A stretch of 64,000 nt of DNA from a bacterium (GTDB lineage Bacteria; Patescibacteriota; Minisyncoccia; Phycocordibacterales; Phycocordibacteraceae): contig JAJYCP010000001.1 in the NCBI GenBank assembly GCA_021778295.1, forward strand, positions 2,390-66,389, read 5' to 3'. The position numbers and the translations under genes were made by a program. The notes beneath the pieces were generated by a model, which saw nothing but the letters and a program-made list of their open reading frames with translations, had not been told where the DNA came from and did no database searches. Of the stretch, positions 10,901-19,726 are shown piece after piece (within the stretch, counting starts at the first letter, position 1; every line of letters begins with the position of its first letter).

Positions 10901-11113
10901 TAGATACGCGTCGACGCCGAGGATCGGTTTTATGCCCGCTTTGGTCGCGGCTTTGTAGAATTCGATCGCTCCGTGCATATTGCCGGCGTCGGTAAGCGCG
11001 AGCGCGTCCATACCCTCCTTCTCCGCCTTTTCTACCAATTCCTCGATTTTCGGCAGCGCCTGAAGGAATGAATAATGGCTGTGCGTATGGAGATGGATAA
11101 AGCGCGAGGCCAT
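7904..11113 (-). CDS. dnaE: DNA polymerase III alpha subunit
   Basis: PHP HLHTHSHYS, RGSAAGS, FERFLNPER, PDIDMD, KFDFLG, YGFNKAHA, C-terminal OB fold. Confidence 0.97.
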   Translation of the reverse strand: MASRFIHLHTHSHYSFLQALPKIEELVEKAEKEGMDALALTDAGNMHGAIEFYKAATKAGIKPILGVDAYLAPRSLFERDRSSDTKRSRIVLLAENNEGYENLLALVTTSWTEGFLERPRMDKELLRAHARGVIALLPSFSGDVSQLLRAGDPQGAAAALAEFKGIFGSENVFLEITHHPRVQGHEALMHKIGALARESATPVVAQHDVYYLESDDREATEILRRIAHGERGRNEDEDFSFISETRALDLFKDSPEAVDASRAIADRCNVSFELGKWTFPAVPVSVGFATHDEELRAKAYAGIEERALEKTKEVTDRIEYELAIIINKGFAVYYLIVADLLAFARTERILTTTRGSAAGSLVAYLTGITNVNPLFYKLPFERFLNPERPKAPDIDMDMADNRRDEMIAYTKRKYGEDHVAQIGTFGTMMARAAVRDVARALGHSYTIGDRIAKLIPMGSQGFPMTIDHALELEPDLKALYDEDDDAREILDLGKRIEGCVRHVGVHAAGVVVAPTPLVRWTPLQPDPKGTGKLITQYDMYSITDEYGGVGLLKFDFLGIKNLAILADAVAQVEKTRGIKIDIENIPIDDAKTYEMLARGETEGVFQLNGSGMTRWLKELKPSTIHDINAMVALYRPGPMETIPNYIERKHNPKLIRFVDPRMKEYLEASYGLLVYQDDVLLTAIKLAGYSWLEADALRKAMGKKIPKVMLAEKEKLLKGFVEYGKLSPEKAEKLWSLIEPFAAYGFNKAHAASYGKVAYQTAYMKANYPVEYLTALLTADSGDTDSIAVFVAEAKRMNIPVLPPDINESGSDFTTIHASYPLNALPNEFPNAIRFGLSSIKNFGDGISETIIAEREAHGLFRTLSDFLSRIGSKNLNRKSLESLIKCGALDSISLPESDRGALLGSIETLLTFHRETTADAPQDSLFGMLDAPPLSIPAGKPVSLLDKLSWEKELLGIYVSGHPLDAHGALTTKAKLSISKIKEEPRAGMLIILPVLVLVVRAILTKSGEKMVFVTLEDMTGSIEAVIFPRLFKEHANALVPGACLLVKGKVSIRNGESSIAIDDIKPL

Positions 11114-11120
11114 AAGCGAT

Positions 11121-11128
11121 AGTATACT
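11121..11128. promoter_or_regulatory. Palindromic -10 box (AGTATACT) shared by divergent dnaE and rnhB
   Basis: TATACT reads on both strands, 7 nt before the dnaE ATG and 6 nt before the rnhB ATG, in a 21-bp intergenic gap. Confidence 0.6.
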
Positions 11129-11134
11129 TTCTCC

Positions 11135-11716
11135 ATGCGATTCATGCTCGGGGTAGACGAGGCGGGGCGCGGCCCGTTGGCAGGGCCGGTTGCCGTCGCC
11201 GTCGTTGCCGTGCCGGAAGGATTTGACGTAAAGAAAGAATTTCCCGGCGTCGCGGATTCAAAAAAGTTATCTGCAACGAAACGAGAAGCGCTATTTCAGA
11301 TGCTCCAAAGGCATGCTGCCGCCGGTACGGTGCATTTTTCCGTCGAGTTTGAAAGCGCCGTAACGATAGATACAGACGGTATCGCTGCTGCGGTGGAACG
11401 AGCTGTGGCGCGCGGAGTGCATGCGCTTGCACCGGACGCAACATCGGCGCGGGTACAGCTCGACGGCGCGCTTCGCGCACCGGCGAACTATGCACAAGAG
11501 ACTATCACCCACGGGGACGCGACCGTCCCGCTCATCTCGCTCGCCTCAATCGCGGCGAAAGTAACGCGCGACCGGCTCATGAATGAACTCTCGAAGACGT
11601 ACCCGCTGTATGGTTTTGAACGGCACAAGGGCTACGGCACGAAGGCGCACTATGCAGCGCTCCACAAGCACGGACTCTGCGCGCTTCATCGTCGTTCTTT
11701 CATACATCTTGATTGA
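11135..11716 (+). CDS. rnhB: Ribonuclease HII
   Basis: GVDEAGRGPLAGPV, DSKKL, ASIAAKVTRD, KGYGT, HRRSF. Confidence 0.96.
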   Translation: MRFMLGVDEAGRGPLAGPVAVAVVAVPEGFDVKKEFPGVADSKKLSATKREALFQMLQRHAAAGTVHFSVEFESAVTIDTDGIAAAVERAVARGVHALAPDATSARVQLDGALRAPANYAQETITHGDATVPLISLASIAAKVTRDRLMNELSKTYPLYGFERHKGYGTKAHYAALHKHGLCALHRRSFIHLD

Positions 11717-11829
11717 TTCTGCACACGAACTATTGACTCCATTGGGAAAGAATGATAGAAACAACGCTTGTCCAGACCGTTGGGCCTGGACAAATTAGAC
11801 CTTCAGTACACAGACAAAGAGAGGATGCC

Positions 11830-12117
11830 GTGAATAAAAAACAAGACAGTAGGAAACCTTCGTGGGCATGTGCAAATCATGAACGTGCCCTTGCCGGAAC
11901 CGGATTCCAGGGATGTGCCCCCTGCCCAGGATGCGGGGGAAAGCTCGTAGAGGGACTCATGCGATGCGCTCGCGTCGGAGGGAATGGCGTTCTCATCACC
12001 GAGGCGCAGGCGCGACGTTGCGATGGCACAAAACCGCCGCCCTACAATAGTAAACTCCCGAAAAAGAATACCGGGAAGGATCACCACTCTATTTCCGCTC
12101 CCGCGTTTACAGCGTAA
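11830..12117 (+). CDS. Small Cys-rich hypothetical protein (possible zinc ribbon)
   Basis: GAGG then GTG at 11830; CANH, CAPCPGCG motifs; followed by a terminator. Confidence 0.45.
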   Translation: MNKKQDSRKPSWACANHERALAGTGFQGCAPCPGCGGKLVEGLMRCARVGGNGVLITEAQARRCDGTKPPPYNSKLPKKNTGKDHHSISAPAFTA

Positions 12118-12153
12118 CTCTCGACATCTACCGCGCGGTCTCACGACACGCAC

Positions 12154-12185
12154 GCGCGCCTCCACAGAGGCGCGCTTTTCTTTTT
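12154..12185 (+). terminator. Intrinsic terminator
   Basis: GCGCGCCTC-caca-GAGGCGCGC followed by TTTTCTTTTT. Confidence 0.75.
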
Positions 12186-12211
12186 ATCGGCCGCGTGCTA
12201 GAGTAGCGCTC

Positions 12212-12565
12212 ATGTCAATTCGCATGCGCCACACCAGGGGCCACACCGGTAATCGCCGGTCGCATCACGCGCTTGAAGGCGTCAAAGCGGTAAAGGATGC
12301 AGAGAGCGGCAATCTCCGCCTCCCGCACCGTCTCGATGAAGCGACGGGAATGTATCGCGGAAAGCAGATTTTCTCGCCGAAGGAGAAGCGCGTGCACACG
12401 TCAAAAGCGAAAGGTCCTTCGACGGCCCCGCCGACGAAGCCTGCGCACGAACATGCGCACGAGGAACATGCCAATGCCGAAGCGAAAAGCTTGAAGGGAA
12501 TCTCCGGTAAAATCGCGACCGGCGGACGCCCGAAAGCGCGCAGCGGTTTCGGCGGCGGCGCATAA
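12212..12565 (+). CDS. rpmF: 50S ribosomal protein L32, Cys-less, with long C-terminal extension
   Basis: MRHTRGHTGNRRSHHAL...LPHR...GMYRGKQI; upstream of nusB/rnc. Confidence 0.85.
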   Translation: MSIRMRHTRGHTGNRRSHHALEGVKAVKDAESGNLRLPHRLDEATGMYRGKQIFSPKEKRVHTSKAKGPSTAPPTKPAHEHAHEEHANAEAKSLKGISGKIATGGRPKARSGFGGGA

Positions 12566-12648
12566 CGCATAGCGCGATCGCGAACTATCCACCGCAGTTG
12601 CGCTTGCGCAACTGCGGGGTTTGCTATACTGCGCGCACAGATCTTTCC

Positions 12649-13554
12649 ATGGCGAACCGACATCTAGCGCGCTCCGTTGTCCTGCAGACACTTTTCGAAT
12701 GGGACACCACTCATGCGTCAGCTTCAGCCGTGAAAGACATTCTTGCACGCAACGTTCTTGAGTTCGGCGGCGACGATATCGATCAACCGTTCATACATCA
12801 GCTTCTTTCCGGCGTTCTCGCGAAAAAAGAGGATATCGATCTCGTCATCGAAAAAGCCGCACCCGAGTGGCCTCTTGAGCGCATCGCACCGGTCGACCGA
12901 AACATTCTGCGTCTCGGACTTTTCGAACTCCTTTTTTCCGATCGCACACACGTGCCTGCCAAAGTCGCGATTAACGAAGCCATTGAACTCGCCAAAACGT
13001 TCGGCGGCGATTCCTCCGGACGCTTCGTTAACGGAGTCCTCGGAGCGGTCTATAAAGAGCTTGGCGAACCCGGGAAGGATGAGCAAGGGGTAAAGAAAGC
13101 AAAACGCGAAGAGCTGCCGCTGGAGAAAATGGGCGGGGCAATCGTTTACGCCAAACACGACGGACAATACTATCTCGCGCTCGTGCACGATGTCTTCGGC
13201 AAATGGACGCTCTCAAAAGGCCATATTGAAAACGATACGACGCCGCAAGCGGGCGTCATGCGCATCATCAAAGAAGAGCTCGGCCTTACCGCAACCGTGG
13301 AAAACCAGGTCGGCGAGAATGAATACGTCGCCTCGCATCCGGAGAAGGGCAAGGTGCGCAAACATGTCTGGTTCTTCCTCGCTTCGAGCGACTTCGAGCC
13401 GCTCACCCTCAAGAAGAGCGGCGGTCTTGACGATGCGAAATGGTTCCGTCTCCAAGACATCATTGACCTCAATTTCTACGATGATATGCTCCCCATCGTG
13501 ACGCAGGCCGTCCAGACCCTCCTTGACCACGCGCATACACACGCACATGCCTGA
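12649..13554 (+). CDS. nusB: NusB fused to C-terminal Nudix-fold domain
   Basis: RHLARSVVLQTLF, W.LERIAPVDRNILRL, VAINEAIELAKTFG, FVNGVL; then WTLSKGHIE...EELGL. Confidence 0.92.
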   Translation: MANRHLARSVVLQTLFEWDTTHASASAVKDILARNVLEFGGDDIDQPFIHQLLSGVLAKKEDIDLVIEKAAPEWPLERIAPVDRNILRLGLFELLFSDRTHVPAKVAINEAIELAKTFGGDSSGRFVNGVLGAVYKELGEPGKDEQGVKKAKREELPLEKMGGAIVYAKHDGQYYLALVHDVFGKWTLSKGHIENDTTPQAGVMRIIKEELGLTATVENQVGENEYVASHPEKGKVRKHVWFFLASSDFEPLTLKKSGGLDDAKWFRLQDIIDLNFYDDMLPIVTQAVQTLLDHAHTHAHA

Positions 13555-14242
13555 TTTCGATTCGCTCGCCTCCGCACTCGGCGTCACGTTCAATAATCCC
13601 GGCCTCCTTATCGAGGCCGTGACGCACCGTTCATATCTCAATGAGCATCGCGAATACACGGGCAACCACAACGAGAGGATCGAGTTTCTTGGCGACGCGG
13701 TTCTCGAACTTGCCGTGACCGATTTCCTTTTCAGGAAATTCCCGGCCAAAAGCGAGGGCGAACTCACAAGCTACCGCGCCGCACTCGTCAACACCGTTTC
13801 GCTCGCCGAAAGCGCGCAAACGCTCAGTCTGAGCGGTTTCTTGCTGCTCTCAAAAGGCGAAGCGAAAGACACCGGACGCGCCCGCGACGTCATCCTGGCG
13901 GACGCTTTTGAGGCAATTATCGGAGCGCTGTATCTGGATCAGGGCTATGCCGCTGCCGAATCGTTCATCGCAAAACAGCTTTACGGAAAAATCGACGATG
14001 TCATCGCGAAACGTTCTTACCAGGACGCGAAAAGCCGTTTCCAGGAGGCTGCACAAGAGAAGCAGAACGAGACGCCGTGGTACCGAACGCTCTCTGAAAC
14101 CGGCCCTGATCACGCGAAGCTCTTCACCATCGGCGTCTTTATCGGCGAAAAGGAAATAGCCCGCGGGGAAGGGCAGAGTAAACAGGAAGCGGAGCAGAAA
14201 GCCGCAGAGGCCGGGCTTGACAAGATGGGCTGGCAGGCGTAG
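13547..14242 (+). CDS. rnc: Ribonuclease III
   Basis: NERIEFLGDAVL signature, ADAFEAIIGALYLD, C-terminal dsRBD. Confidence 0.97.
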   Translation: MPDFDSLASALGVTFNNPGLLIEAVTHRSYLNEHREYTGNHNERIEFLGDAVLELAVTDFLFRKFPAKSEGELTSYRAALVNTVSLAESAQTLSLSGFLLLSKGEAKDTGRARDVILADAFEAIIGALYLDQGYAAAESFIAKQLYGKIDDVIAKRSYQDAKSRFQEAAQEKQNETPWYRTLSETGPDHAKLFTIGVFIGEKEIARGEGQSKQEAEQKAAEAGLDKMGWQA

Positions 14243-14303
14243 TACTTCGCGCAGAAGTCCTGACGGTTCATACTACTTGCGATTTTACAGGAGGAGGGTA
14301 GTC

Positions 14304-14519
14304 ATGAGTGTGAAGAAGATCGTTCGTCGTATACGGAAGATTTTGCCTTCCGCGGTTGTCCGTGTATTGGACGCGATCGCATTTGCTACGGCGTTTGCTT
14401 GCCTGGTTATCGTGATAACAATGCCCGTTTCATTCTCGTTCGCCGTCGCGACGGTCGTCGTCGGTTTCTTGGCCCTCACCTGGCGAATCTTTTCCGATTC
14501 GCTGCCGCCGCTCTGGTGA
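14304..14519 (+). CDS. Small two-TM membrane protein
   Basis: AGGAGG SD, basic N-terminus, two hydrophobic segments, downstream terminator. Confidence 0.65.
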   Translation: MSVKKIVRRIRKILPSAVVRVLDAIAFATAFACLVIVITMPVSFSFAVATVVVGFLALTWRIFSDSLPPLW

Positions 14520-14534
14520 GAGCGGATCGGAAAT

Positions 14535-14566
14535 CAGCCCTCACATCGTGAGGGCTGTCTCTTTTT
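14535..14566 (+). terminator. Intrinsic terminator
   Basis: CAGCCCTCAC-atc-GTGAGGGCTG then TCTCTTTTT. Confidence 0.75.
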
Positions 14567-14586
14567 ATGCGTTATACTTTTGAGCG

Positions 14587-16794
14587 ATGCTCAAGCGGCT
14601 GGAAATCGTCGGTTTCAAATCCTTCGCCAAGAAAACCATCTTGGACTTTTCGAGCGTGACCACGGCGATCGTAGGACCGAATGGTTCCGGGAAGAGCAAT
14701 GTCGCCGAGGCGTTTCGCTTCGCGCTCGGCGAACAGTCGATGAAAAGCATGCGTGGCAAACGCACCGAAGATCTCATTTGGGGCGGCTCTCACTCGATGC
14801 CCCGCCTGATGCGCGCGTCGGTCGCCATCGTGTTTGACAACTCTCGCCGCATTTTCAAGATTGATTTCGATGAAGTGGTTATAGAACGCGCGGCTTTCCG
14901 CGATGGCACGAGCGAATACTCCATCAACGGTTCGCGCGTGCGCCTGCGCGATATCGAGGAACTTTTGGCCGGCGCAAACATCGGCGAGACAAGCCACCAC
15001 ATCATCTCCCAAGGCGAGGCGGACCGGATACTGCTCGCCTCGCCGCGCGACCGACGCGCGATGCTCGAGGACGCGCTCGGTCTACGAGTATATGAATTCA
15101 AAAAGCAGGAAGCAGAGAAGAAACTCCTGAAAACCGAAGATAATATCGCTCAGGTGAATTCGCTCCGACGAGAGCTTGCGCCGCACCTGCGTTTCCTCGA
15201 AAGCCAGGTAAAGAAACTTGAGCGCGCGCAGGCGCTCCGGGACACCCTTACGAGCGCGTGCCAGACGTACTTTGCGATCGAGGACGCTTTCCTTGAGCAA
15301 GAAAGGCGCGCTATCGCCGAGGAAAAGAAGAATGCGATTGATCGGCTGGCAGCCGCGACCGAAGAACTCTCCCGTATCGAGGAGCGCGCGACAAACGACG
15401 CCGAAGGTACGAAGCGTCTCGGGGCGGTACGCAGGGCAGAGGCGCTCGTTGAGCGTCTTCTGGGAGAGCGCAGCGTTCTCTCGCGTGAGATCGGACGCGT
15501 CGAAGGATCGCTCGCCGCTGCAAAACAGCGCAGCGTCAAAGTCGTGAATGATCCGTACGCAAAAGTTCCGCGTGAAGCCCTCAGCGCGCTCGCGGAAGAG
15601 ACGGAAAAGCAAGCGGCACACGCAGACACCCTCGAAGCCGCTCGCGCCGCACTACGCGCGCTTCACGGAGCTGTGCGCGCGTTCGTCGATCGTTTCATCG
15701 CGCCGGCCGACGATCTGCTCGCAGAAGAAGAGCATGCCGCATACGCGCTCGAGAACGAGCGTACCGAACTCCTCGGCAAAGATACCGTGCTCGCCGAGGA
15801 ACTTGAACGGGCGAAATCGGCGCTCGCGCGAGCGCGCGAAGATCTGACCGCGCACGACGAAACCGGCAAAGAATTGCATCGCCGTATCCTTGATCTCGCG
15901 CAAGCAAAAGCGCATGAGGAAAGCATGGTCGCAAAAAGCGAGGCGCGCGAACGCGCGCTCGGTTTCTTCACCGAAGAGCTCGAGCGCGATAAAGCGGAAG
16001 CGCTTGCGCTTGTCGGCGCCGCCGTACTCTCGTACGAGCCTCTGCCCGTGCTTCCCGCCGAAGAGCGGCGCGTGCAAGAAGAACGCAAACGCTCTCTCGA
16101 GCGCATAAAAATTCGCCTTGAGGAAGCGGGAGGTGCCGGCGAGGACATTCGACGGGAACACAAAGAAGTCTCGGAGCGCGAAGCATTCCTCGCGCGCGAG
16201 CTCGACGATCTCGCCGCGTCAGCTGCGGGCCTGCGCGCGCTCATTGTCGATCTTGAAACAGAACTTGCGAAACATTTCACCCTCGGGCTCACTCAGGTCA
16301 ACGCTTCGCTTAGCGAATACTTCGCGCTTATGTTCGGCGGCGGCAGCGCGCGTCTTGCGCTTGAAGAACCCGATGTAGAAGCCGAAGGTGAAGATCCCGA
16401 GGAGTCTCTCGATGAGGGAATGCCGAAGGAAAAAGAGAGACCCGGCATAGAAATCGTTGTCAATCTGCCGAAGAAGAAAGTACGCTCCCTCATGCAGCTG
16501 TCAGGCGGAGAGCGCGCGCTCACGAGCATCGCTCTCATTTTCGCTATGAGCCAAGTGAATCCGCCGCCGTTTTTGATACTGGACGAAACCGATGCGGCTC
16601 TTGACGAAGCAAATAGCCGGCGTTACGGCGACATGATTGAAAACCTCGCGCAGAAATCGCAGCTCATCGTCATTACGCACAACCGCGAGACCATGAGCCG
16701 CGCGGGCATCCTCTATGGTGTCACCATGGGCGGCGACGGCGTATCGAAGCTCCTCTCGGTCAAGTTCGACGAGGCGGTCGCCGTGGCGAAGTGA
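14587..16794 (+). CDS. smc: SMC-family ATPase, short (735 aa)
   Basis: GFKSF, GPNGSGKSN, ISQG Q-loop, coiled coils, LSGGE, LDETDAALD, ITH; near rnc. Confidence 0.9.
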   Translation: MLKRLEIVGFKSFAKKTILDFSSVTTAIVGPNGSGKSNVAEAFRFALGEQSMKSMRGKRTEDLIWGGSHSMPRLMRASVAIVFDNSRRIFKIDFDEVVIERAAFRDGTSEYSINGSRVRLRDIEELLAGANIGETSHHIISQGEADRILLASPRDRRAMLEDALGLRVYEFKKQEAEKKLLKTEDNIAQVNSLRRELAPHLRFLESQVKKLERAQALRDTLTSACQTYFAIEDAFLEQERRAIAEEKKNAIDRLAAATEELSRIEERATNDAEGTKRLGAVRRAEALVERLLGERSVLSREIGRVEGSLAAAKQRSVKVVNDPYAKVPREALSALAEETEKQAAHADTLEAARAALRALHGAVRAFVDRFIAPADDLLAEEEHAAYALENERTELLGKDTVLAEELERAKSALARAREDLTAHDETGKELHRRILDLAQAKAHEESMVAKSEARERALGFFTEELERDKAEALALVGAAVLSYEPLPVLPAEERRVQEERKRSLERIKIRLEEAGGAGEDIRREHKEVSEREAFLARELDDLAASAAGLRALIVDLETELAKHFTLGLTQVNASLSEYFALMFGGGSARLALEEPDVEAEGEDPEESLDEGMPKEKERPGIEIVVNLPKKKVRSLMQLSGGERALTSIALIFAMSQVNPPPFLILDETDAALDEANSRRYGDMIENLAQKSQLIVITHNRETMSRAGILYGVTMGGDGVSKLLSVKFDEAVAVAK

Positions 16795-16811
16795 ACGAGG
16801 CCGATGTTTTA

Positions 16812-16830
16812 TTAAATGTTTAACATTTAA
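16812..16830. repeat. AT-rich palindrome TTAAATGTT-N-AACATTTAA, copy 1
   Basis: Perfect 9-bp arms; recurs at 34027 and 34113. Confidence 0.9.
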
Positions 16831-16848
16831 AATCGGGCCCTTTCATAC

Positions 16849-18798
16849 CTAGACGACTGGCACGAAATCGAGCTCTTTTTCGGCGACGCGAGCGGCGGAA
16901 AGCCGGACTCGAATGGGGTCACCGAGCTGATATGCTTTTTTGGTGCGGCGGCCGAGGAGCCGGTAGTGCTTCTCGTCGTATTCGAAATAATCATCACCGA
17001 CGTCATGGATGCGGATCATGCCGTCGGCGTGCGTCGTCTGCTCCTCGACATAGAGGCCGCGTTCGGTAACCCCTGAAATCACAGCATCGAACTCCTCGCC
17101 GATGCGCCCCGCGAGGAACTCCACCTGCTTCATCTTGATCGAGTCGCGCTCGGCGTCGGATGCCGCGACTTCGCGCTCGGAAGCATGGAGCGCGAGCGAA
17201 TCGAATTCCCGCATCTCTGCGGCGGTTATAGGCGCGCCGCCCGCATGTGCTTTTATAAGCCGGTGAATGACGAGGTCGGGATAGCGGCGGATAGGGGAGG
17301 TGAAATGCGTGTAATACTCAAACGCGAGTCCGAAATGGCCGATGTTGCGCGTCGCATACACGGCTTTGCTCATCGAGCGCAGTGTCGCCGTTTTTACGAG
17401 ATACTCTTCGGGCTTCCCCTTTACTGCCTCAAGAAGCTTATTCAACTCCGCGCCCGTCACGTTGCCGCCCGTTATCTTCAGGTGATACCCCATGACGCGC
17501 AGAAGATTCGCGAGATTCTCGATGCGATCGGCATCCGGCGCATCGTGAATGCGGTAGAGCGAAGAGAAATTCGATCCGCCATTTCTTGTAAGCGTGGCGA
17601 GATGTTTTGCGACCGCCTCGTTCGCAAGCAGCATGAAGTCCTCGATAAGGAGATTCGTCGCTTTGCGCTCCTTGAGCACCACCGCAATCGGCGCGCCCTG
17701 CTCATCGAGCTTCACTTTTACTTCCGGCGTGTCAAACTCGATGGCGCCTTTTGCCTGGCGCCGCGCGCGGATCTTTTTCGAAAGATTCAAGAGGAGAGAA
17801 AGTTCGCCGTGCATCGTGCCACTGCCCGCGTCAAGCACTTCCTGCGCATTCTCGTAGGTGAACCTTTTGTTTGAGTGAATGACCGTTTCGCCGAACCATT
17901 CGGCGACGATATTCGCCTCGGCGTCGAGCGTGAACACGGCGGAAACCGCGAGGCGATCCTGATCGGGATTGAGCGAGCAGAGATCATTTGAGAGAATTTC
18001 CGGGAGCATCGGGATGGTCCGGTCGACGAGGTACACGCTTGTCGCGCGTCCGCGCGCTTCAGTATCGAGCGCGCTTCCGGGCCGTACAAAAAAAGAAACA
18101 TCGGCGATATGCACGCCGACCTCGATATTTCCGCCGTCGAGCTTGCGTACCGAGAGCGCGTCGTCAAAATCTTTCGCATCGGCGGGGTCGATGGTGCACG
18201 TCGGCGCGTTGCGGAAATCGCGGCGCGCGCCCTCGCGCTCCGCCTCCTCCGCGAGCATTGCTCTCCCGTGCTCTTTGAGATATGCGGCGTCCTTCTCGAC
18301 GCCGGGAGGGAAGTCACTCGAGAATCCCTGGCCCAATGCGAGCGCCCGCATCTCAGTCTCGTGCACGCCCGCTTTACCGATAACCTCTTCGACGACACCC
18401 CAGGGATACGGCGTGTTCGCCTCCCAACCTTTCATGCGCACCAGCACTTTGTACCCGAGCTGCGCGCCTTTCACGTCCCGCACCTCGATCGGCACATGCA
18501 TTTTTTTGTAGTCGCTCGTGAGGAATGTTTTCCCGTTTTCCTCCACCAGAGCGCCGACGAAGGTCTCCCGCGCCCGTGAAATTATTTCAACCACCTTCCC
18601 GGCCTCACGCGCCGGCATCCGGCCCGAAGGATCACGGTACGTGCCCGCAGGCTCTACCTTCACGATGTCGCCCGTAAGCGCATGCCCCGTCCACTGCGGC
18701 GGTATGAGGAGATCCTCGCTGTCTTCGCCGACAGAGAAAAAACCGAAGCCTTTCCGGGTCATCGTTATCGGACCTTCATAGAGATGTGCGTCTGCCAT
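16849..18798 (-). CDS. rnr: Ribonuclease R (RNB family)
   Basis: TIDPADAKDFDDALS, VHIADVS, HFTSPIRRYPD, C-terminal S1. Confidence 0.94.
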   Translation of the reverse strand: MADAHLYEGPITMTRKGFGFFSVGEDSEDLLIPPQWTGHALTGDIVKVEPAGTYRDPSGRMPAREAGKVVEIISRARETFVGALVEENGKTFLTSDYKKMHVPIEVRDVKGAQLGYKVLVRMKGWEANTPYPWGVVEEVIGKAGVHETEMRALALGQGFSSDFPPGVEKDAAYLKEHGRAMLAEEAEREGARRDFRNAPTCTIDPADAKDFDDALSVRKLDGGNIEVGVHIADVSFFVRPGSALDTEARGRATSVYLVDRTIPMLPEILSNDLCSLNPDQDRLAVSAVFTLDAEANIVAEWFGETVIHSNKRFTYENAQEVLDAGSGTMHGELSLLLNLSKKIRARRQAKGAIEFDTPEVKVKLDEQGAPIAVVLKERKATNLLIEDFMLLANEAVAKHLATLTRNGGSNFSSLYRIHDAPDADRIENLANLLRVMGYHLKITGGNVTGAELNKLLEAVKGKPEEYLVKTATLRSMSKAVYATRNIGHFGLAFEYYTHFTSPIRRYPDLVIHRLIKAHAGGAPITAAEMREFDSLALHASEREVAASDAERDSIKMKQVEFLAGRIGEEFDAVISGVTERGLYVEEQTTHADGMIRIHDVGDDYFEYDEKHYRLLGRRTKKAYQLGDPIRVRLSAARVAEKELDFVPVV

Positions 18799-18845
18799 TT
18801 GAGCTACTCTAGCAATATACTCCGGCTTCTGCTATAGTCGTCCTC

Positions 18846-19286
18846 ATGTTGATGATTCGATTCCAGCGCATCGGCCGGAGCAATGCCCCGGCATTTCGCA
18901 TTGTACTTTTGGAGAAGGCGCGAGCCGCCAAAGCCGGCGGCATCACCGAATTGCTCGGCACCTACAATCCGAAGAGCAAGGCGCTTACCCTTGATGAGGC
19001 GCGCGTGAAAGAGTGGATTGCCAAAGGCGCTCAGCCGACCGGTTCCATGCATAACCTTCTTGTCAGCAAGGGCATTATCGAAGGAAAGAAGATAAACGTG
19101 CTCCCGAAGAAGACTTCGCAAAAGAAAGAGGATGCCCCTGCCGCGCCCGCGAGCGCATCCGCAGCGGAAGCGATATCCGCACCGACCGAAGCCGAGATTG
19201 CCGCAGAAACTGTTGCGGCTGCGGAGGAATCATCGGCCGAAGTCACGGCAGCCGAAGGGGCCCCGGAGGAAACACCCGCGGCGTAA
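18846..19286 (+). CDS. rpsP: 30S ribosomal protein S16 with acidic Ala/Glu tail
   Basis: MLMIRFQRIG...LGTYNP...WIAKGAQPT. Confidence 0.95.
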   Translation: MLMIRFQRIGRSNAPAFRIVLLEKARAAKAGGITELLGTYNPKSKALTLDEARVKEWIAKGAQPTGSMHNLLVSKGIIEGKKINVLPKKTSQKKEDAPAAPASASAAEAISAPTEAEIAAETVAAAEESSAEVTAAEGAPEETPAA

Positions 19287-19323
19287 TACGCGCGCCACGG
19301 GCGCGCGATGCTACCATACCTTT

Positions 19324-19647
19324 ATGGAACCAGATCAAGCATTTCTCGAATACGCAGTGAAAGCGCTCGTCGCTCACCCTGAGTCGGTTGAGACTACGCG
19401 TACCATCGACCAAATGGGCGTACTGCTCACACTCACGGTGCATCCGGAAGATATGGGAAAAATTATCGGCAAGAGCGGTAAGACCGCCGAGGCGCTCCGC
19501 ATCCTGCTGCGTGTTATCGGGATGAAGGGAAATGCGCGCGTGAACCTTAAGATAAATGAGCCGGTCGGCGGTAAGCACGCGCCGGAGGGCGTAAGCGAAC
19601 CTGCGGCAAAGACCGTTGACGAGGTCATTGACGAACTGGGTACCTAG
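19324..19647 (+). CDS. khpA: KH-domain RNA-binding protein (KhpA/YlqC family)
   Basis: EDMGKIIGKSGKTAEALR; follows rpsP. Confidence 0.88.
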   Translation: MEPDQAFLEYAVKALVAHPESVETTRTIDQMGVLLTLTVHPEDMGKIIGKSGKTAEALRILLRVIGMKGNARVNLKINEPVGGKHAPEGVSEPAAKTVDEVIDELGT

Positions 19648-19718
19648 GCGAGGGGTGAGGTGATTTTTGAGTACGCCGTATTTTTCTGCTGAAAATCACC
19701 TCACCTCACCTCTCGCCT
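19646..19718. repeat. Palindromic element with (GGTGA)n/(TCACC)n arms and GAGTACGCCGT-TTTTTCTGCTGAAAA core
   Basis: Arms 19646-19667 and 19692-19718 are complementary; core shared with the elements at 38130 and 49627. Confidence 0.8.
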
Positions 19719-19726
19719 TCACATCA

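Noticed and set aside
8663..10903. 746-aa plus-strand ORF
   Set aside because: Antisense shadow of dnaE caused by GC-rich codon bias; no recognisable motifs
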